64,000 bases of DNA from Zootoca vivipara. Lineage: Eukaryota. The stretch's first letter is position 1. Every line of letters begins with the position of its first letter. The translations under genes were made by a program, and so were the position numbers. Below are positions 41,797-56,643 of the stretch, piece by piece. The stretch covers positions 27,528,001 through 27,592,000 of the forward strand of contig NC_083281.1 of assembly GCF_963506605.1 (NCBI RefSeq), in the 5' to 3' direction. The notes beneath the pieces are model-generated. The model made no database searches, had not been told where the DNA came from, and saw only the letters and a program-made list of their open reading frames with translations.

Positions 41797-44700
41797 ATGA
41801 GACTACGCCCCCTACTGTTCACAGAACTAGCACTGGGTAAGTATGTCTTCTTCTTCAAAAAATTCCACCCTCCCCAAGCCTACCCAAAGGATCAGAGAGC
41901 CAATGAAAAAGCCTGTGTTCAGTACTGTATTAGCCATTGTGGGCTATGTTATATGCTTTTAGAGGTGCTATGAATAAGACTTTTCTGCTCTGAAGCAATG
42001 CATGCCAAGTGATAGAGATTTTCTTGACTTGTTGGCCATAGTCAGATGGGGGGAAGTGTATCTGGCCAGCAGGTAACCCATCAGGTGACTTGTTCTTAGA
42101 AAGCCCTGGGGATCAGCTGATTGCTGGGGCTCATAGCTGCCAACTCTCCCATTTCCCCTGGGAAATCCCCGTTTTTCTAGCTGTTCCTAGCTGAAAAAAA
42201 CGGATTTTTTTGTTTTTCCCCGGTTTATTCTGGCGCGGTGGCCATTTTGGAACTGGGCGGAGCATGCTCAGAAGTGACTTTTGATGCTGCTTTGCCCAGT
42301 TCCAAAATGGCTGCAGTGCGACTTCTGGCGCGGTGGCCATTTTGGAACTGGGCAAAGCAGCATCAAAAGTCACTTCTGAGCATGCTCCGCCCAGTTCCAA
42401 AATGGCGGCAGCGCTACTTCCGGTCTGCTATTTCCGCCCGGTCCCTTATTTCTCTGACAGCAACTTGGCAGGTATGCTGGGGCTTGCAAAGCACAGCGCC
42501 TGTGCAGGGCTATGCAGATGTTGCCAATCATCTTTTTGGCAGTGCCTACAACCCCCCTTCCAGTTCATCCATATATTTACCTGCCCTCAACCTGAGGTCG
42601 TATATGTCAGGTATAGGGCAGGTGGGCGTGGTTTGCCTAAAACAACCTCCCGTCCCAAATGAAAAGGCTTGGCAGGCATAATTAGGGCCACAGACTGCAG
42701 GTTCCCCAGCACTGGGGATGATTCTCGCATAGGGCATGATAGGTCCTAAGCTCAAATCCTAGAGAAGCCCTGTATGTAGGAAAGGAAGCTATCAGATCTT
42801 TTGCAGCCCAAAGCCTGAGGCTCAAGTAGTGGGTTTAATGATGTCTCTAGGTGTTGGTGTCATTGAGACAGGGCCTGGTAATGTCACAACTCTTGAAACA
42901 AACATAGGGCATGCAGGTCAGGCATGGTACATGACCTCTTGATGATTGGGTGCAGCCTAGAGTTAAAGGGATAGCACTAGAGATGTTCAGCAGGTGCCTG
43001 AGCTCTTGCTAATTCCATTGACTAACTTGCTTCTAATTCTAGCACTACAGATGCTATTGTTGGGAGAAGTAGCTGAGGCAGGTAAGTTGAATTCAAGTAC
43101 TCCAAAGCCCATCAAACAGCCTCCCCCAACGTGATGCCCTCTAGTTGCTTTACATTTGAGTAGTTTTAGCAGATCACAAAGGAGTTGCTTCAGCCCTTCG
43201 GCGCACGACCGGCTCTCTTTTCTATGCAACTATTAATGGGCCTCAATTTACATTGAAGTGTTTTATTTTCTTTGCACTGGGCTCAACTAATATGTGCTGA
43301 GGTGAAGATGTGGTCACACTTTTGTGATCCCCCCCAGATTTTATTAAAACTTTTTCATAACACAATAAGATGAAATAAACTAATCTAATAAAAACAGAAA
43401 TGGGAGAGGGGGGGAGAAAAGGCAGAGTCCTCTTTCAAATGCAGCTCTTCTCTCTCACAGAAAGTGGTAGACCCTCCCAGCTTTCCTTTCTTCTCCCAGT
43501 CTCTGAAACTGGGAGTTCTTCCCTGCCCTCTTTTCCACATGGCCACTGTATTGAAATATTAAAATGAAGTGCAATTTTCTTTCTGGAAGCTGTGACATTG
43601 CATGGTAGTATTCACAACATTCCTCCCTACTATTACTCACGATTTCTTTCCCGATTCTCTTCAGACGAACTGCTCTACCCGTATGGACCCAAACACCAGG
43701 ACAGAACCACCCCAAAGGCAGATGACGGGGCATCTCCTCAGATCCCCATCTCTGAGAGCTTCTACTTTTACGCCAGGAGGTATCAGTCTCTTTATGTAAG
43801 TATCACCCTGATGGTTCTCATGACCCTCTGTAGCCCTTTCCATTTACAGCAGAAAGCTCTCTGGAGATTCCCCAACTGTCTAGAAGGCAAAACCAGCCTG
43901 TGATACCCCAGACCAGGGGTAGTGGTGCTTTTCAGATCTTGGTGACCTTCAACTTCCATCATCCCTGACCATTGGCCATGTTGGCTGGGAGTGATGGGAG
44001 CTGTAGTCCAGCAACATTTGCATAGCATCACATTGGCTATCTCGTCCACAGACTTCCAGGAAGAACGCCAGGACTGGCAGGTTAATTTTTTTCACACTTT
44101 CCTTCAAAAAGCAAGGACCATCCATGATGTTCCAAAGATGACAAAAATTTCACCTGGGATAATCTACTTTTTAAATAAAAAAACGTTCTGTAGAATCAGG
44201 GGAGAAGTTGGCAGAGGGAGGGGGATTCTCTAATCCAGGCACCCCCAAACTTCGGCTCTCCAGATGTTTTGGACTACAATTCCCATCTTCCCCGACCACT
44301 GGTCCTGTTAGCTAGGGATCATGGGAGTTGTAGGCCAAAACATCTGGAGGGCCACAGTTTGGGGGTGCCTGCTCTAATCAGAGATGGCCATGTTGCTTGA
44401 TCACACCTCTAAAGGCAGCAGTGTTGGACAAATAGTCCAACTGGTACATCAGGAGAGGGGAATCTGTGTCTTTCTAGCTGCTGCTGCAACTGCCATCATC
44501 TCTGACCACGTTGGTTTGGTCTGGAGCCCAACAGCGCCTAGAGGGGCACAGCTTCCCCATCTCTGATCTACATATTGGCAGATGGGCCACTGACACCTTG
44601 CAACAACCCAGGACTCCTTTAAGAGTCTTACAGAAGAGCAGCTATACAACTATCAAAAGTGTGGGGGCCCCTGTCTTCTTTTTCACCTGACCACTCTTAG

Positions 44701-47700
44701 TGAAAAGTGAGAGTATGCATGGAGGACTATATTATATTTCATTATTTTTTTAATACGACATTTTATTTTATTTTGCTTAATTAATTTGATTCACATACTG
44801 CCCTTCATCATAAGATCTCAGGGTGGTTCACAGAATAAAATAGAGGAAAGAAATAAGTAAATAAGTAAAACAAAACAGAAAAAAACATACTCCACCCCGC
44901 CCCTTCTCACAGACACATGTAAAAGGCTGGAGAATATTCATCAGCCAAAGGCCTGGTTGGTTATAGGGCTGCTATACATCCGGATTTTCCTGGACATTAC
45001 CAGGATTTCAAAGGCGGAACTGACGTCCGGGGGGAATTTCCAAAAGGTGGCGCTTTGTTCTGGATCTTAGGAAAAAGCTTTTGGGTTTTTACTTTTTGAA
45101 ATATGGCAACCCTAATGAAGAGGAACTATATTAGAAACATTGAGTAATTTTCTGCTCTGTGTCTTTGGAGGGTGCTTGGAATGGGACAGCTAGCTAGCTA
45201 GCTTGATATTTAACAGAGAAGCTAGGGCATTATTCCAAGNNNNNNNNNNNNNNNNNNNNNNNNNNNNNNNNNNNNNNNNNNNNNNNNNNNNNNNNNNNNN
45301 NNNNNNNNNNNNNNNNNNNNNNNNNNNNNNNNNNNNNNNNNNNNNNNNNNNNNNNNNNNNNNNNNNNNNNNNNNNNNCTTTACCTCGCCCCCCCCCCAGG
45401 TGAACAATAATGGAGTGGTGTCATTTGGTAAGCCGGTCAGCCAGTTCACTCCTGATCCTTTCCCCTTGACGGATGGACGGGCCTTTGTCGCTCCCTTTTG
45501 GGCTGATGTCGATAACCGCATCACCGGCGAGGTCTACTACAGGCAGAGTCAAGAAAAGCATCTCCTGCAGAGAGTCACAGGTGACATCAACACTTACTTC
45601 CCGAGTGAAAAGTTCACGGCTACCTGGGCCTTCATAGCCACTTGGGACCAAGTGGCTTTCTATGGATCCCTGTCCTCCAAGGTACGATTCTTTGATCATT
45701 TCTTCATGACGGCATTTCACTAACACACCAAAAACAGCTGTATACATGACAACACTGGCTGCCTGAGTACAGTTCACTGGCATGCAAATAGCAGCTGTGG
45801 GGAAGACTGAGCAGCTTCTGGACCAAGGGGATTGGGGAGGAGAAATTTAATTTTTTCTCTCCCTGCCAAATTCTTCTTGTAACTGCTATTTGCATTTCAA
45901 GGGAATGTGCTAGTGGTACCATGTGAGACTTTGCTGGAAATGCAAATAACATGTTCAGTATTGTGATATTTGCCAGGACCACAGCAGGGAGGGAGGGAGA
46001 ATTACTCATGCCCCTGCTTGGTCTTTCTTAGGGCTGCCAGACGCAGACAAGGACAGAGCTCCTACGCCTTTAATAGTTGAGTCCAAGGGAATTTCAGCAG
46101 ATGCACCTGCTGAAATCCGTTTTTTGGCATAATTATCAAAGGTGCAGGAGCCCTGTCCCATTTTTGCACCTGGTTATCCTAGTCTCCCCTGCAGCTGCTA
46201 CTTACAGAACCAAAAAAGGTGTGTTGATTGCATTTCCACAATTAACATCCCTTCTAGTTTGGCCCTAAACTAGGCATCCCCAAACTGCGGCCCTCCAGAT
46301 GTTTTGGCCTACAACTCCCATGATCCCTAGCTAACAGGACCAGTGGTTGGGGAAGATGGGAATTGTAGTCCAAAACATCTGGAGGGCCGAAGCTTGGGGA
46401 TGCCTGCCCTAAACCATTCACTTCCATGGATCCAATATGGAGCAAATATAATGGCTGCCCAGGCTTTCCTACAGCTGCTATTGATGCAACAAAATGGATG
46501 AACATTAATTGCATTCGCACAGTTAGTGTCACCATCTGCTGTGAACTTCAGGTGGCCAATGAATAAATCTCAAACTTTGGTTCAAACAGCTGCAAACCCA
46601 GGGGTTACCAAAGGGGCTCCTGCCAGATGTCAGTGGACTACAACTTCCATAATCCCTAGTTTGTTGTGGGGGAGGAAGGGAAAGGAGAATGTTAGCCGCT
46701 TTGAGACTCCTTTGCGTAGTGATAAAGCGGGATATCAAATCCAAACTCTTCTTCTTCTTCTGACCATTAGCCATGCAACTTCTGGAAGACTCCACATTGG
46801 CTATTCTTGCTCAAACCTTTCCTGATTTGAACGCTACAGTAATACTCACTCCATAGCACCCAGCTCTAGCCTATAATAAGGCTTTATTTTAAAAAAGAAA
46901 AAAGCAGAAAAAATATTACAAGAGGAGGGGTGGGAAGGAAGGGGTGGTTTTATTGAAAACGCCGTCTTCATCTGGTGAAAATAAAGGCTGTTTTCTCCCA
47001 TTGCAACCTGGGCCCTGCTTTACTTGTGTTTAACTGTAACCTGGCATGTATTTAATGTGCCATAAAAGTCACAATAAATCCTGATTAAATGCCTGGTTAA
47101 GAATTTTAAACCCTTGGGACACCGTGACCAGATTACAGAGCAGAGTAATAGTTCTACCAGCTGACAAAATCAAGGGAACTGTAAGTAGACGGCTTATTGC
47201 TTTCTGCTCCAGTTAACCGCAGTCTAAAAGCAAACAATATTCACTGGAATAAAGGAGGAAGATGCCACTCCCACTCGTGTACACATTCAAAAATTGTCCA
47301 TATGAATTCAATGGTACACCCTTAAGGGCCAAACAAATGCAATGAATGCTTTTGAATTTTAAATTCATGTTTGTTTTTCTCATATACACGCGACAAACCA
47401 TTCAATCATAGGGTGCTTCCAGAATGTGCTGTTTATGGTTTGGGATTCAATCACATACCAGCAAAACTCTGGTTGTGCAATTGTAGTTGATGGGGAGGTC
47501 CTGTGCAAGAAATCCACTTCCCCAGAATATTGGACCTTTTGTGCTAAGGAAAGTGACCAGACAATGCAGTGGGTAGTGTGGGTGTGAGATAACTGTTGCT
47601 TTGATGCAACATCCTCCTACTGTTGTTGTTGTTTAGTCGTTTAGTCGTGTCCGACTCTTCGTGACCCCATGGACCATAGCACGCCAGGCACTCCTGTCTT

Positions 47701-50700
47701 GCACTGCCTCCCGCAGTTTGGTCAAACTCATGTTCGTAGCTTCGAGAACACTGTCCAACCATCTTGTCCTCTGTCGTCCCCTTCTCCTTGTGCCCTCCAT
47801 CTTTCCCAGCATCAAGGTCTTTTCCAAGGATTCTTCTCTTCTCATGAGGTGGCCAAAGTATTGGAGCCTCAGCTTCACGATCTGTCCTTCCAGGGAGCAC
47901 TCAGGGCTGATTTCCTTAAGAATGGATAGGTTTGATCTTCTAGCAGTCCATGGGACTCTCAAGAGTCTCCTCCAGCACCATAATTCAAAAGCATCAATTC
48001 TTCGGCGATCAGCCTTCTTTATGGTCCAGCTCTCACTTCCATATATCACTACTGGGAAAACCATAGCTTTAACTATACGGACCTTTGTCGGCAAGGTGAT
48101 GTCTCTGCTTTTTAAGATGCTGTCTAGGTTTGTCATTGCTTTTCTCCCAAGAAGCAGGCGTCTTTTAATTTCGTGACTGCTGTCACCATCTGCAGTGATC
48201 AAGGAGCCCAAGAAAGTAAAATCTCTCACTGCCTCCATTTCTTCCCCTTCTATTTGCCAGGAGGTGATGGGACCAGTGGCCATGATCTTGGTTTTTTTGA
48301 TGTTGAGCTTCAGACCATATTTTGCGCTCTCCTCTTTCACCCTCATTAAAATGTTCTTTAATTCCTCCTCACTTTCTGCCATCAAGGTTGTGTCATCTGC
48401 ATATCTGAGGTTGTTGATATTTCTTCCGGCAATCTTAATTCCGGCTTGGGATTCATCTAGTCCAGCCTTTCGCATGATGAATTCTGCATATAAGTTAAAT
48501 AAGCAGGGAGACAATATACAACCTTGTCGTACTCCTTTCCCAATTTTGAACCAATCAGTTGTTCCATATCCAGTTCTAACTGTAGCTTCTTGTCCCACAT
48601 AGAGATTTCTCAGGAGACAGATGAGGTGATCAGGCACTCCCATTTCTTTAAGAACTTGCCATAGTTTGCTGTGGTCGACACAGTCAAAGGCTTTTGCATA
48701 GTCAATGAAGCAGAAGTAGACGTTTTTCTGGAACTCTCTAGCTTTCTCCATAATCCAGCGCATGTTTGCTATTTGGTCTCTGGTTCCTCTGCCCTTTCGA
48801 AATCCAGCTTGCACTTCTGGGAGTTCTCGATCCACATACTGCCTAAGCCTGCCTTGTAGAATTTTAAGCATAACCTTGCTAGCGTGTGAAATGAGCGCAA
48901 TTGTGCGGTAGTTGGAGCATTCTTTGGCACTGCCCTTCTTTGGAATTGGGATGTAGACTGATCTTCTCCAATCCTCTGGCCATTGCTGAGTTTTCCAAAC
49001 TTGCTGGCATATTGGGTGTAGCACCTTAACAGCATCATCTTTTAAGATTTTAAATAGTTCAGCTGGAATATCATCACTTCCACTGGCCTTGTTATTAGCA
49101 GTGCTTTCTAAGGCCCATTTGACTTCACTCTCCAAGATGTCTGGCTCAAGGTCAGCAACCACACTACCTGGGGTGTACGAGACCTCCATATCTTTCTGGT
49201 ATAATTCCTCTGTGTATTCTTGCCACCTCTTCTTGATGTCTTCTGCTTCTGTTAGGTCCTTACCACTTTTGTCCTTGATTATGGTAATCTTTGTACGAAA
49301 TGCTCCTTTCATATCTCCAATTTTCTTGAACAGATCTCTGGTTTTCCCCATTCTATTGTTTTCCTCTATTTCTTTGCATTGCTCATTTAAGAAGACCCTC
49401 TTGTCTCTCCTTGCTGTTTTTTGGAAATCTGCATTCAGTTTCCTGTATCTTTCCCTATCTCCCTTGCATTTTGCTTGCCTCCTCTCCTCCGCTATTTGTA
49501 AGGCCTCGTTGGATAGCCATTTTGCTTTCTTGCATTTCCTTTTCCTTGGGATGGTTTTCGTTGCTGCCTCCTGTATAATGTTACGAGCCTCCATCCATAG
49601 TTCTTCAGGCACTCTGTCCACCAAATCTAAATCCTTAAACCTGTTCCTCACTTCCACTGTGTATTCATAAGGGATTTGATTTAGATTGTATCTTACTGGC
49701 CCAGTGGTTTTTCCTACTTTCTTCAGTTTAAGCTGGAATTTTGCTATAAGAAGCTGATGATCTGAGTTACAGTCAGCTCCAGGTCTTGTTTTTGCTGACT
49801 GTATAGAGCTTCTCCATCTTTGGCTGCAGAGAATATAATCAATCTGATTTCGATGCTGCCCATTTGGTGATATCCATGTGTAGAGTCTTCTCTTGTGTTG
49901 TTGGAAGAGAGTGTTTGTGATTACCAGCTTGTTCTCTTGACAGAACTCTATTAGCCTTTGCCCTGCTTCATTTTGAACTCCAAGGCCAAACTTGCCAGTT
50001 GTTCCTTTTATCTCTTGATTCCCTACTTTAGCATTCCAATCCCCTGTAATGAGAAGAACATCCTTCTTTGGTGTCATTTCTAGAAGGTGTTGTAGGTCTT
50101 CATAGAATTGGTCAATTTCACTTTCTTCAGCACCGGTAGTTGGTGCATAAACTTGGATTACTGTGATGTTAAAAGGTCTGCCTTGGATTCGTATCGAGAT
50201 CATTCTGTCATTTTTGAGATTGCATCCCATTACAGCTTTTGCCACTCTTTTGTTGACTATGAGGGCCACTCCATTTCTACTACGGGATTCTTGCCCACAG
50301 TAGTAGATATGATAGTCACCCGAACTGAATTCGCCCATTCCCTTCCATTTTAGTTCACTGATGCCCAGGATGTCGATATTTATTCTTGTCATCTCATTTT
50401 TGACCACATCCAGCTTACCTCCACTCATGGTTCTTACATTCCAGGTTCCTATGCAATATTTTTCTTTACAGCATCGGACTTTCCTTTCGCTTCCAGGCAT
50501 ATCCGCAACTGAGCGTCCTTTCGGCTTTGGCCCAGCCGCTTCATCAGCTCTGAATCTACTTGTACTTGTCCTCCGCTCTTCCTCAGTAGCATGTTGGACG
50601 CCTTCCGACCTGAGGGGCTCATCTTCCAGCGTCATAACTTTTATATGCCTGTTGTCTTTGTCCATGGAGTTTTCTTGGCAGGGATACTGGAGTGGCTTGC

Positions 50701-53700
50701 CAGTTCCTTCTCCAGGTGGATCACGTTTAGTCAAAACTCTCCACTATGACCTGTCCATCTTGGGTGGCCCTGCATGGCATAGCTCATAGCTTCTCTGAGT
50801 TATTCAAGCCCCTTCGCCACGACAAGGCATTGATCCATGAAGGGGATCCTCCTACTACTTTCCCGCAAACAAATGAGACTGGATGCTCATTGATTAGCCA
50901 ACTTTGTCTAACCTCCCTGCAAACAAACCAGGATAACTGCTCAATAAACGGGTTGTCTGGGAGTGGCCAGAGAAGCTATAAACAATACATACCTCACCAT
51001 CCAGGAAGGTGGATTTACGCTATGGATGCTCCTCTGCCTCTTATACAGTACATGGGTAAATTAGGGAGCTTCAGAAGAAGGAATTGACCACTGAAAGGCA
51101 AGCTGTACCCATCTACATTCCAGTTGCATTATTCTACCTGTATATAAAGGGATTGAACCTGGGACCTTTTGCATGCAAAACACAAGCTCTAACACTGAGC
51201 TGTGGCCTCACAGAAACTCTGCTCTGGGTACCGAGTTTTATTGCTGATGCTATTCCACATTATACAGGAAAAAGTGCAAAGCATATGGATATGAGAGACA
51301 ACCAGTCATTATACACCTGCTGTAGGGAAGAGGGTGCTGATATTACCCATTGATCATGCATTTGGTGTTGGTTTTTAGTAATTGGGTTAGAGAATAAAAG
51401 GCGAATTCCCTGGATGCCTAGATCCAAGTTTGGGGCAAGTGTTATTTGGTGAGAGAGTCCCAGCAGAGATTTAAAATAACAAAACATACACCAAACTAAA
51501 GTGTGGAAATATAGGCCATTTGACATTTAAAATATCCCCTTCTAAGTTTCTTTTAAAGTTTCCCACTTAGCATAAAAAACACATTTGACAAGTTAAAAAT
51601 AGTTTATTTACAAACTCTTTGACGGTCAGATTCATGCGCTTTTCCATACAGCAGCTAGAAAAGACAGGCAGCACAACTTAGTTTCAAAAAGTGGTTAATA
51701 CTTCTAAATTATTTGTATAGAAACACAAAGATGGCTTGCTAAAGCCATGTGGTCTAAGCTTGGAGCATTCAGCTTAGACATCCTTACATAAAGGGTTCAC
51801 ATAGTGAAAGAGAAAGAACAAAGAGTTTGGTAACCTTTCCTTCCAAGGTGAGGATGTGGGACCCAGCTAAGCCTGGCAGGACTACTTACTCTATGATATT
51901 AACCCCTTAATAGCAGGGACGTGGGTGGTGCTGTGGTCTAAACCACTGAGCCTCTTGGGCGTGCCAATTGGAAGGTTGGCAGTTCGAATCTGTGCAACAG
52001 GGTGAGCTCCTCTTACTCTGTCCCAGCTTCAGCCAGCCTAGCAGTTTGAAAGCATACCACTGCAAGCAGATAAATAGGTACCACTGCGGTGGGAAGGTAA
52101 ACAACCTTTCCGCGCGCTCTGGCTTCCATCATGGTGTTCCATTGTGCAAGAAGCAGATTAGTCATGCTGGCCACATGACCCAGAAAGCTGTATGTGGACA
52201 AATGCCAGCTCCCTTGGTCTGAAGCGAGATGAGTGCCACACCCCACAGTTGCCTTTGACCATCCAGGGGTCATTTTACCTTTTACCTTTACCTTAACTCC
52301 TTAATGCATTAATTAGAGTTAAGCATGTTGGTTACATGAGACTGACATATCCCACATTTGACACCTGTTTTGTATAGGTGAACACATTCCAGGCTGTTTT
52401 AACCTCCAATGGTAAACTGTCTTTCGTTATACTGAACTATCAGGACATCCAGTGGATCTCAGGGCAGGCAAGTGGTGGAGATGCTCACACCGGCTTGGAG
52501 GGCACACCTGCTCAGGTAAGTCCCACCTGTGGTTACATGCTGAAAAGAAGTAGTAGTCCTAAACATCAAAAGGGCACCTGATTGATGAAGGTAGATGATC
52601 TGGTTGATCCAGTTCAGCAGTTCACTGTATGTTATGTCACCAGGAGGAAGTGAAGTTACCTAGCAAACCATGTATTCTGGAGACACATGAGCAGAACTCT
52701 CATCCTTTGCTCATGTTCCATTTCTCTCTTCTAGGCTGGATTTAACAATGGGGATGCAAACAACTACTTCAACATCCCTGGATCTTGGACTCCAAACATC
52801 ATTAACGTCAGCTCCACGAGTAACATCATGGACCCTGGGCGCTGGATCTTTGAGGTGGATGTCTTTGCAGTGCCAAATGGCTGTGTTTACAAAGGTATGT
52901 TGATTGCGATTCATCTAGAAGAGCTATGAAGGATTCAGATCAAATTCTTCTAAAATCTTGGGTAGAGTTGTAAGGGAAGAATAGAACATCTGCTTTGCTA
53001 CCAGCTCCACACCCACCAACCCCTGTCCTCCCAGGCCTCACCAAATTCACCCACTTCCCTTAGACCTCCTCCCACTGCTCCTGCTTATACTGCCTGCTTC
53101 ACTCCAAGGATGCTGTTTCAGATCAGAGGTGGAGGGCAAGGAAGAGGGAAATGGCAGGATGGTAATGGCAGAGGGCAAGGAAGAGGCAGCATAGCAGGAT
53201 GGTAGCTGGGCAGTTGCCTAATCCTGTTTTGTGCCCTGCCCACCTACCTCTGTCTCCCTCCTCTGCGCCCCTTCTCCTTGGACACCAGCAGCTCTCAGAA
53301 ATGTGCCACCATGCTGTGATTTGCAACACCACCTGTTGGTAGCCATGCAGACAGCAGCATGGCAACAGGGTAAGACCTAGGGTAGGGAAACTGGATCCAG
53401 ATAATGGGCCAGATCCTTATCCCCCTGCCATGGATGATCCTGCCCAGCTATCAATCACCCAATGTCAGAATGTTGGGTGACCCATTTATGCCCGCATGGA
53501 CAGTCAGCTGACCACCAGGGCTTTGCAGGTGTCACCAATCAGCTGATTGGCAGTGCCTACTAACAGCCATGGGTCCTTTCATGTCTTTACCTATCACACA
53601 CCTGAAATCATATATGGCATCAGGTGTAGGACAGGTGGATGTGCCTTGACTTGCCCCCAACTCCCTTGGGAGCCAAATGAGCAGGCCTAGTTGCCCTGTG

Positions 53701-55713
53701 GGTTGGAGGTTCCCCACCTCTGCCATAAGGGAAGGGTCATCGGTCGGTGGTACAGCTGATGCTTCACATCTTCAGTGAAGTGGCCAGATGAAGGCAGAAA
53801 TGTCTTGGAGAGCCTTGTCTAGGTGGACCTTGTATAAGGCAGATTTTCTGTATATCCATCTTATTGCCGTTAAATTTTAGCATCTCTTTCCTGCTTTGAC
53901 TAATATGTGCTGTTCTAACCTCATGTGTGAGGTTTGCATTGGCTATTGCTTCAGTTGGGTTTGTAATGTGACTATAATTAAACCAGAATGCTCTTGCGCA
54001 AGCTATTGGCACAATCCCTTCTGGTCACTTAAGTTGCTTATGACTTGCATTCTGTCTTGATAGCTAATTTCCTGCCAGTCAGTGCCACCTTCTGGACTGA
54101 ATCAGCTTGCGAGGAGAAGTGCCAGTGCACGTCTGAAGATCCCAGGGTGACGTGCCAGGCCAGTGGGTGCTCTGCAGATGAGATTTGCCAGCCGAATTCC
54201 TGGTACCATGTGTGCCGGCCCACCCATAAGGCCACCTGCCACGCCTTAGGTGGGCGACACTACACCACCTTTGATGGCCGACTATATCAGTTCCAAGGCA
54301 ACTGTGTTTATGTGCTGTCTCAGATGTGTGCACCCTCAGACAACCGCAGCCTGGAGTATTATCGGGTGGAAGCAGGGATTTCAGGGAAAACCCCAGAAGT
54401 GTCACAGATAGAGCACTTGCGCATGATGGTCTATGGACAGGACATTGCTGTAATAGCCAATTCTGCTGGGCATGTCATGGTAAGTGCTTTGAATTCAACA
54501 GCCAAGATAAATCCTAAACTCTCCAGATTTCCCTCTGCTCTTCTTCCCTTATTTACTATTTTTCTTTTTCTCTTTGCAGCCTCCCCTCTCCCCACACCAT
54601 TTTCGCTCAAGGGAATCTGCAAAACAGATTCTCTACCCCTGAGCTAGCCTATGAATCCTGCACCACACTGAGCTATGATCCTGCTTTCTTTGCAGGTGAA
54701 TACTGGAATAGATACAGGAACATAATAGTGTCCATAATTCCATGAGTTCAGATCTCGGATGTCTGTCTGGATAGATCTCAGATCTATCCAGAACTGTTAT
54801 CATGTGGGGCTTTAAACACCAGCATCACTTTCTTAAGTACAATCTTACAATCTTAGCCAGAGCTAAGCTATGGCTTTTAACTCTGCTTTATTCTGCTGAA
54901 CCCCCTTCTAGATCAATGGAATCAAGAGCCTTCTTCCTGTGACCCTCCTTGGTGGCAAGGTCCGAGTGCATCAGAGTGGATTCTCAACTACGATAGCCAC
55001 TGATCTAGGGGTGGAAATTTCCTACAAGGGGAGTCAACATGTGGAGGTTGCTGTTCCTGCCAGCTACCATAATGCCACCTGTGGCCTCTGTGGAACCCTG
55101 AATGAAAACCCCACTGATGATTTCTCGACTCCAAACCGATCCCTCGCGGCATCAGCAGCTCTGTTTGCTAAAAGCTGGCAGGTGCACTATGCGGAGGACC
55201 AGTGTGGGGACACCCAAGAGTTGCCAAGCTGCCCTTCAACTGAACTGGCTCTTTTTTCCAGCCCAGAGTACTGCGGCATCCTGAAGGAATCTCCGGGTCC
55301 TTTTGCAAACTGTGCAAAGGCTCTGCCTCTCTCCAGCTTTATGGAAAGCTGCACGTATGATCTTTGCACATCTGCGGGCAATCGGACGGTACTGTGCGAA
55401 TTTCTCCATATTTATGCTGGAAGTTGTCAGGCAGCAAACGCCACAGTTGGGCAGTGGAGATCGGATGAATTTTGTCGTGAGTCAACAATAATAATTGTGG
55501 TGACAATCACCTCTGAGCCCCTGTTTTCCAGTCTAGGCTTGTTGCGAGGACGGCCTGGTGGGGTAGGGAGCCTGAGGCCTAGCAGCTAAATGCAGCCTCT
55601 CTAGGGGCTGAAGGGACTTTGGGTTCAACAACACCTGGGAGGCCATAGGTTTCCCACTGCTATCTTATGAGAGAGGGCCAGAAGAAGGCAGCCCCTGGTT
55701 TCCTCGGGTGAAC

Positions 55714-55761
<48 letters not shown>

Positions 55762-56600
55762 CCCAGGGTTTCCTAAATTTGAGTCTCCAGCTCTTTTTGG
55801 ACTACAATTCCCATCATCTCTGACCACTGGTCCTGCTAGCTAGGGATGATGGGAGTTGGAGTTCAAAAAGCAGCTGGAGACCAAAGTTTGGGAAACCCTG
55901 GTATCAACTCAGGTACCGTTTGCATGATTCAGGAACCTAATTTTCTTTTCAAGCCCAGCCATGCTATTCAGTAGGGTGAAGCAACCTTCTTCAGCTTGGA
56001 GAGAGTTGGTAAAGGCATAAATGGCTGTTCGAATGGTGCAGCACAACTTTATGAAAAATTGGGCTTAATAGAGTGTGTATGTTTGCACTCCTCTCCAGGA
56101 AGCAAAATGTCTTGGGCCAGCACTGATTTCCTCTACCCCTCTTCATACATCCTTTCTCCATCAGGAATCACTTGTCCAGAGAACAGCCATTATGAGCCTT
56201 GCTCTACTGCCTGCCCAGCCAGCTGCTTGGATTCCACGGCCCCACTTTATTGCAACGAGCCTTGCAGGTAAGGACAGGCAAATCCATCAGTTTTGGTTTT
56301 CCAGTCACATTCTCTACATTCTTAGTTTGAATTTTTTTTAAGTCCTCAAGAGAATCCATCAGCATTTTATTGCAAATTTCTCCCAATAGACACATATTTG
56401 TGTACAATTTCCCCTAATAGACAGAATTATGCAATGTAATTCCCGCTAATAAAATGCATTTTTTTGTATCTTATTTTCACAAATGTATGCATTTTTATGC
56501 ACACTTTACCTCAGCATATGCCAAAAAATGCAAAGAAGAAGAAGTCCCAGCAAAAGAAGAATGGATACAAAAACTTGTGGAATGTGCAACTTTCTGCAGA

Positions 56601-56643
<43 letters not shown>

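Noticed and set aside
42131-42681. Mirror-image ORFs on both strands
   Set aside because: They are produced by the palindromic MITE.
47661-50789. + strand ORFs antisense to BovB
   Set aside because: They are shadow frames of the RT ORF with no independent coding signal.
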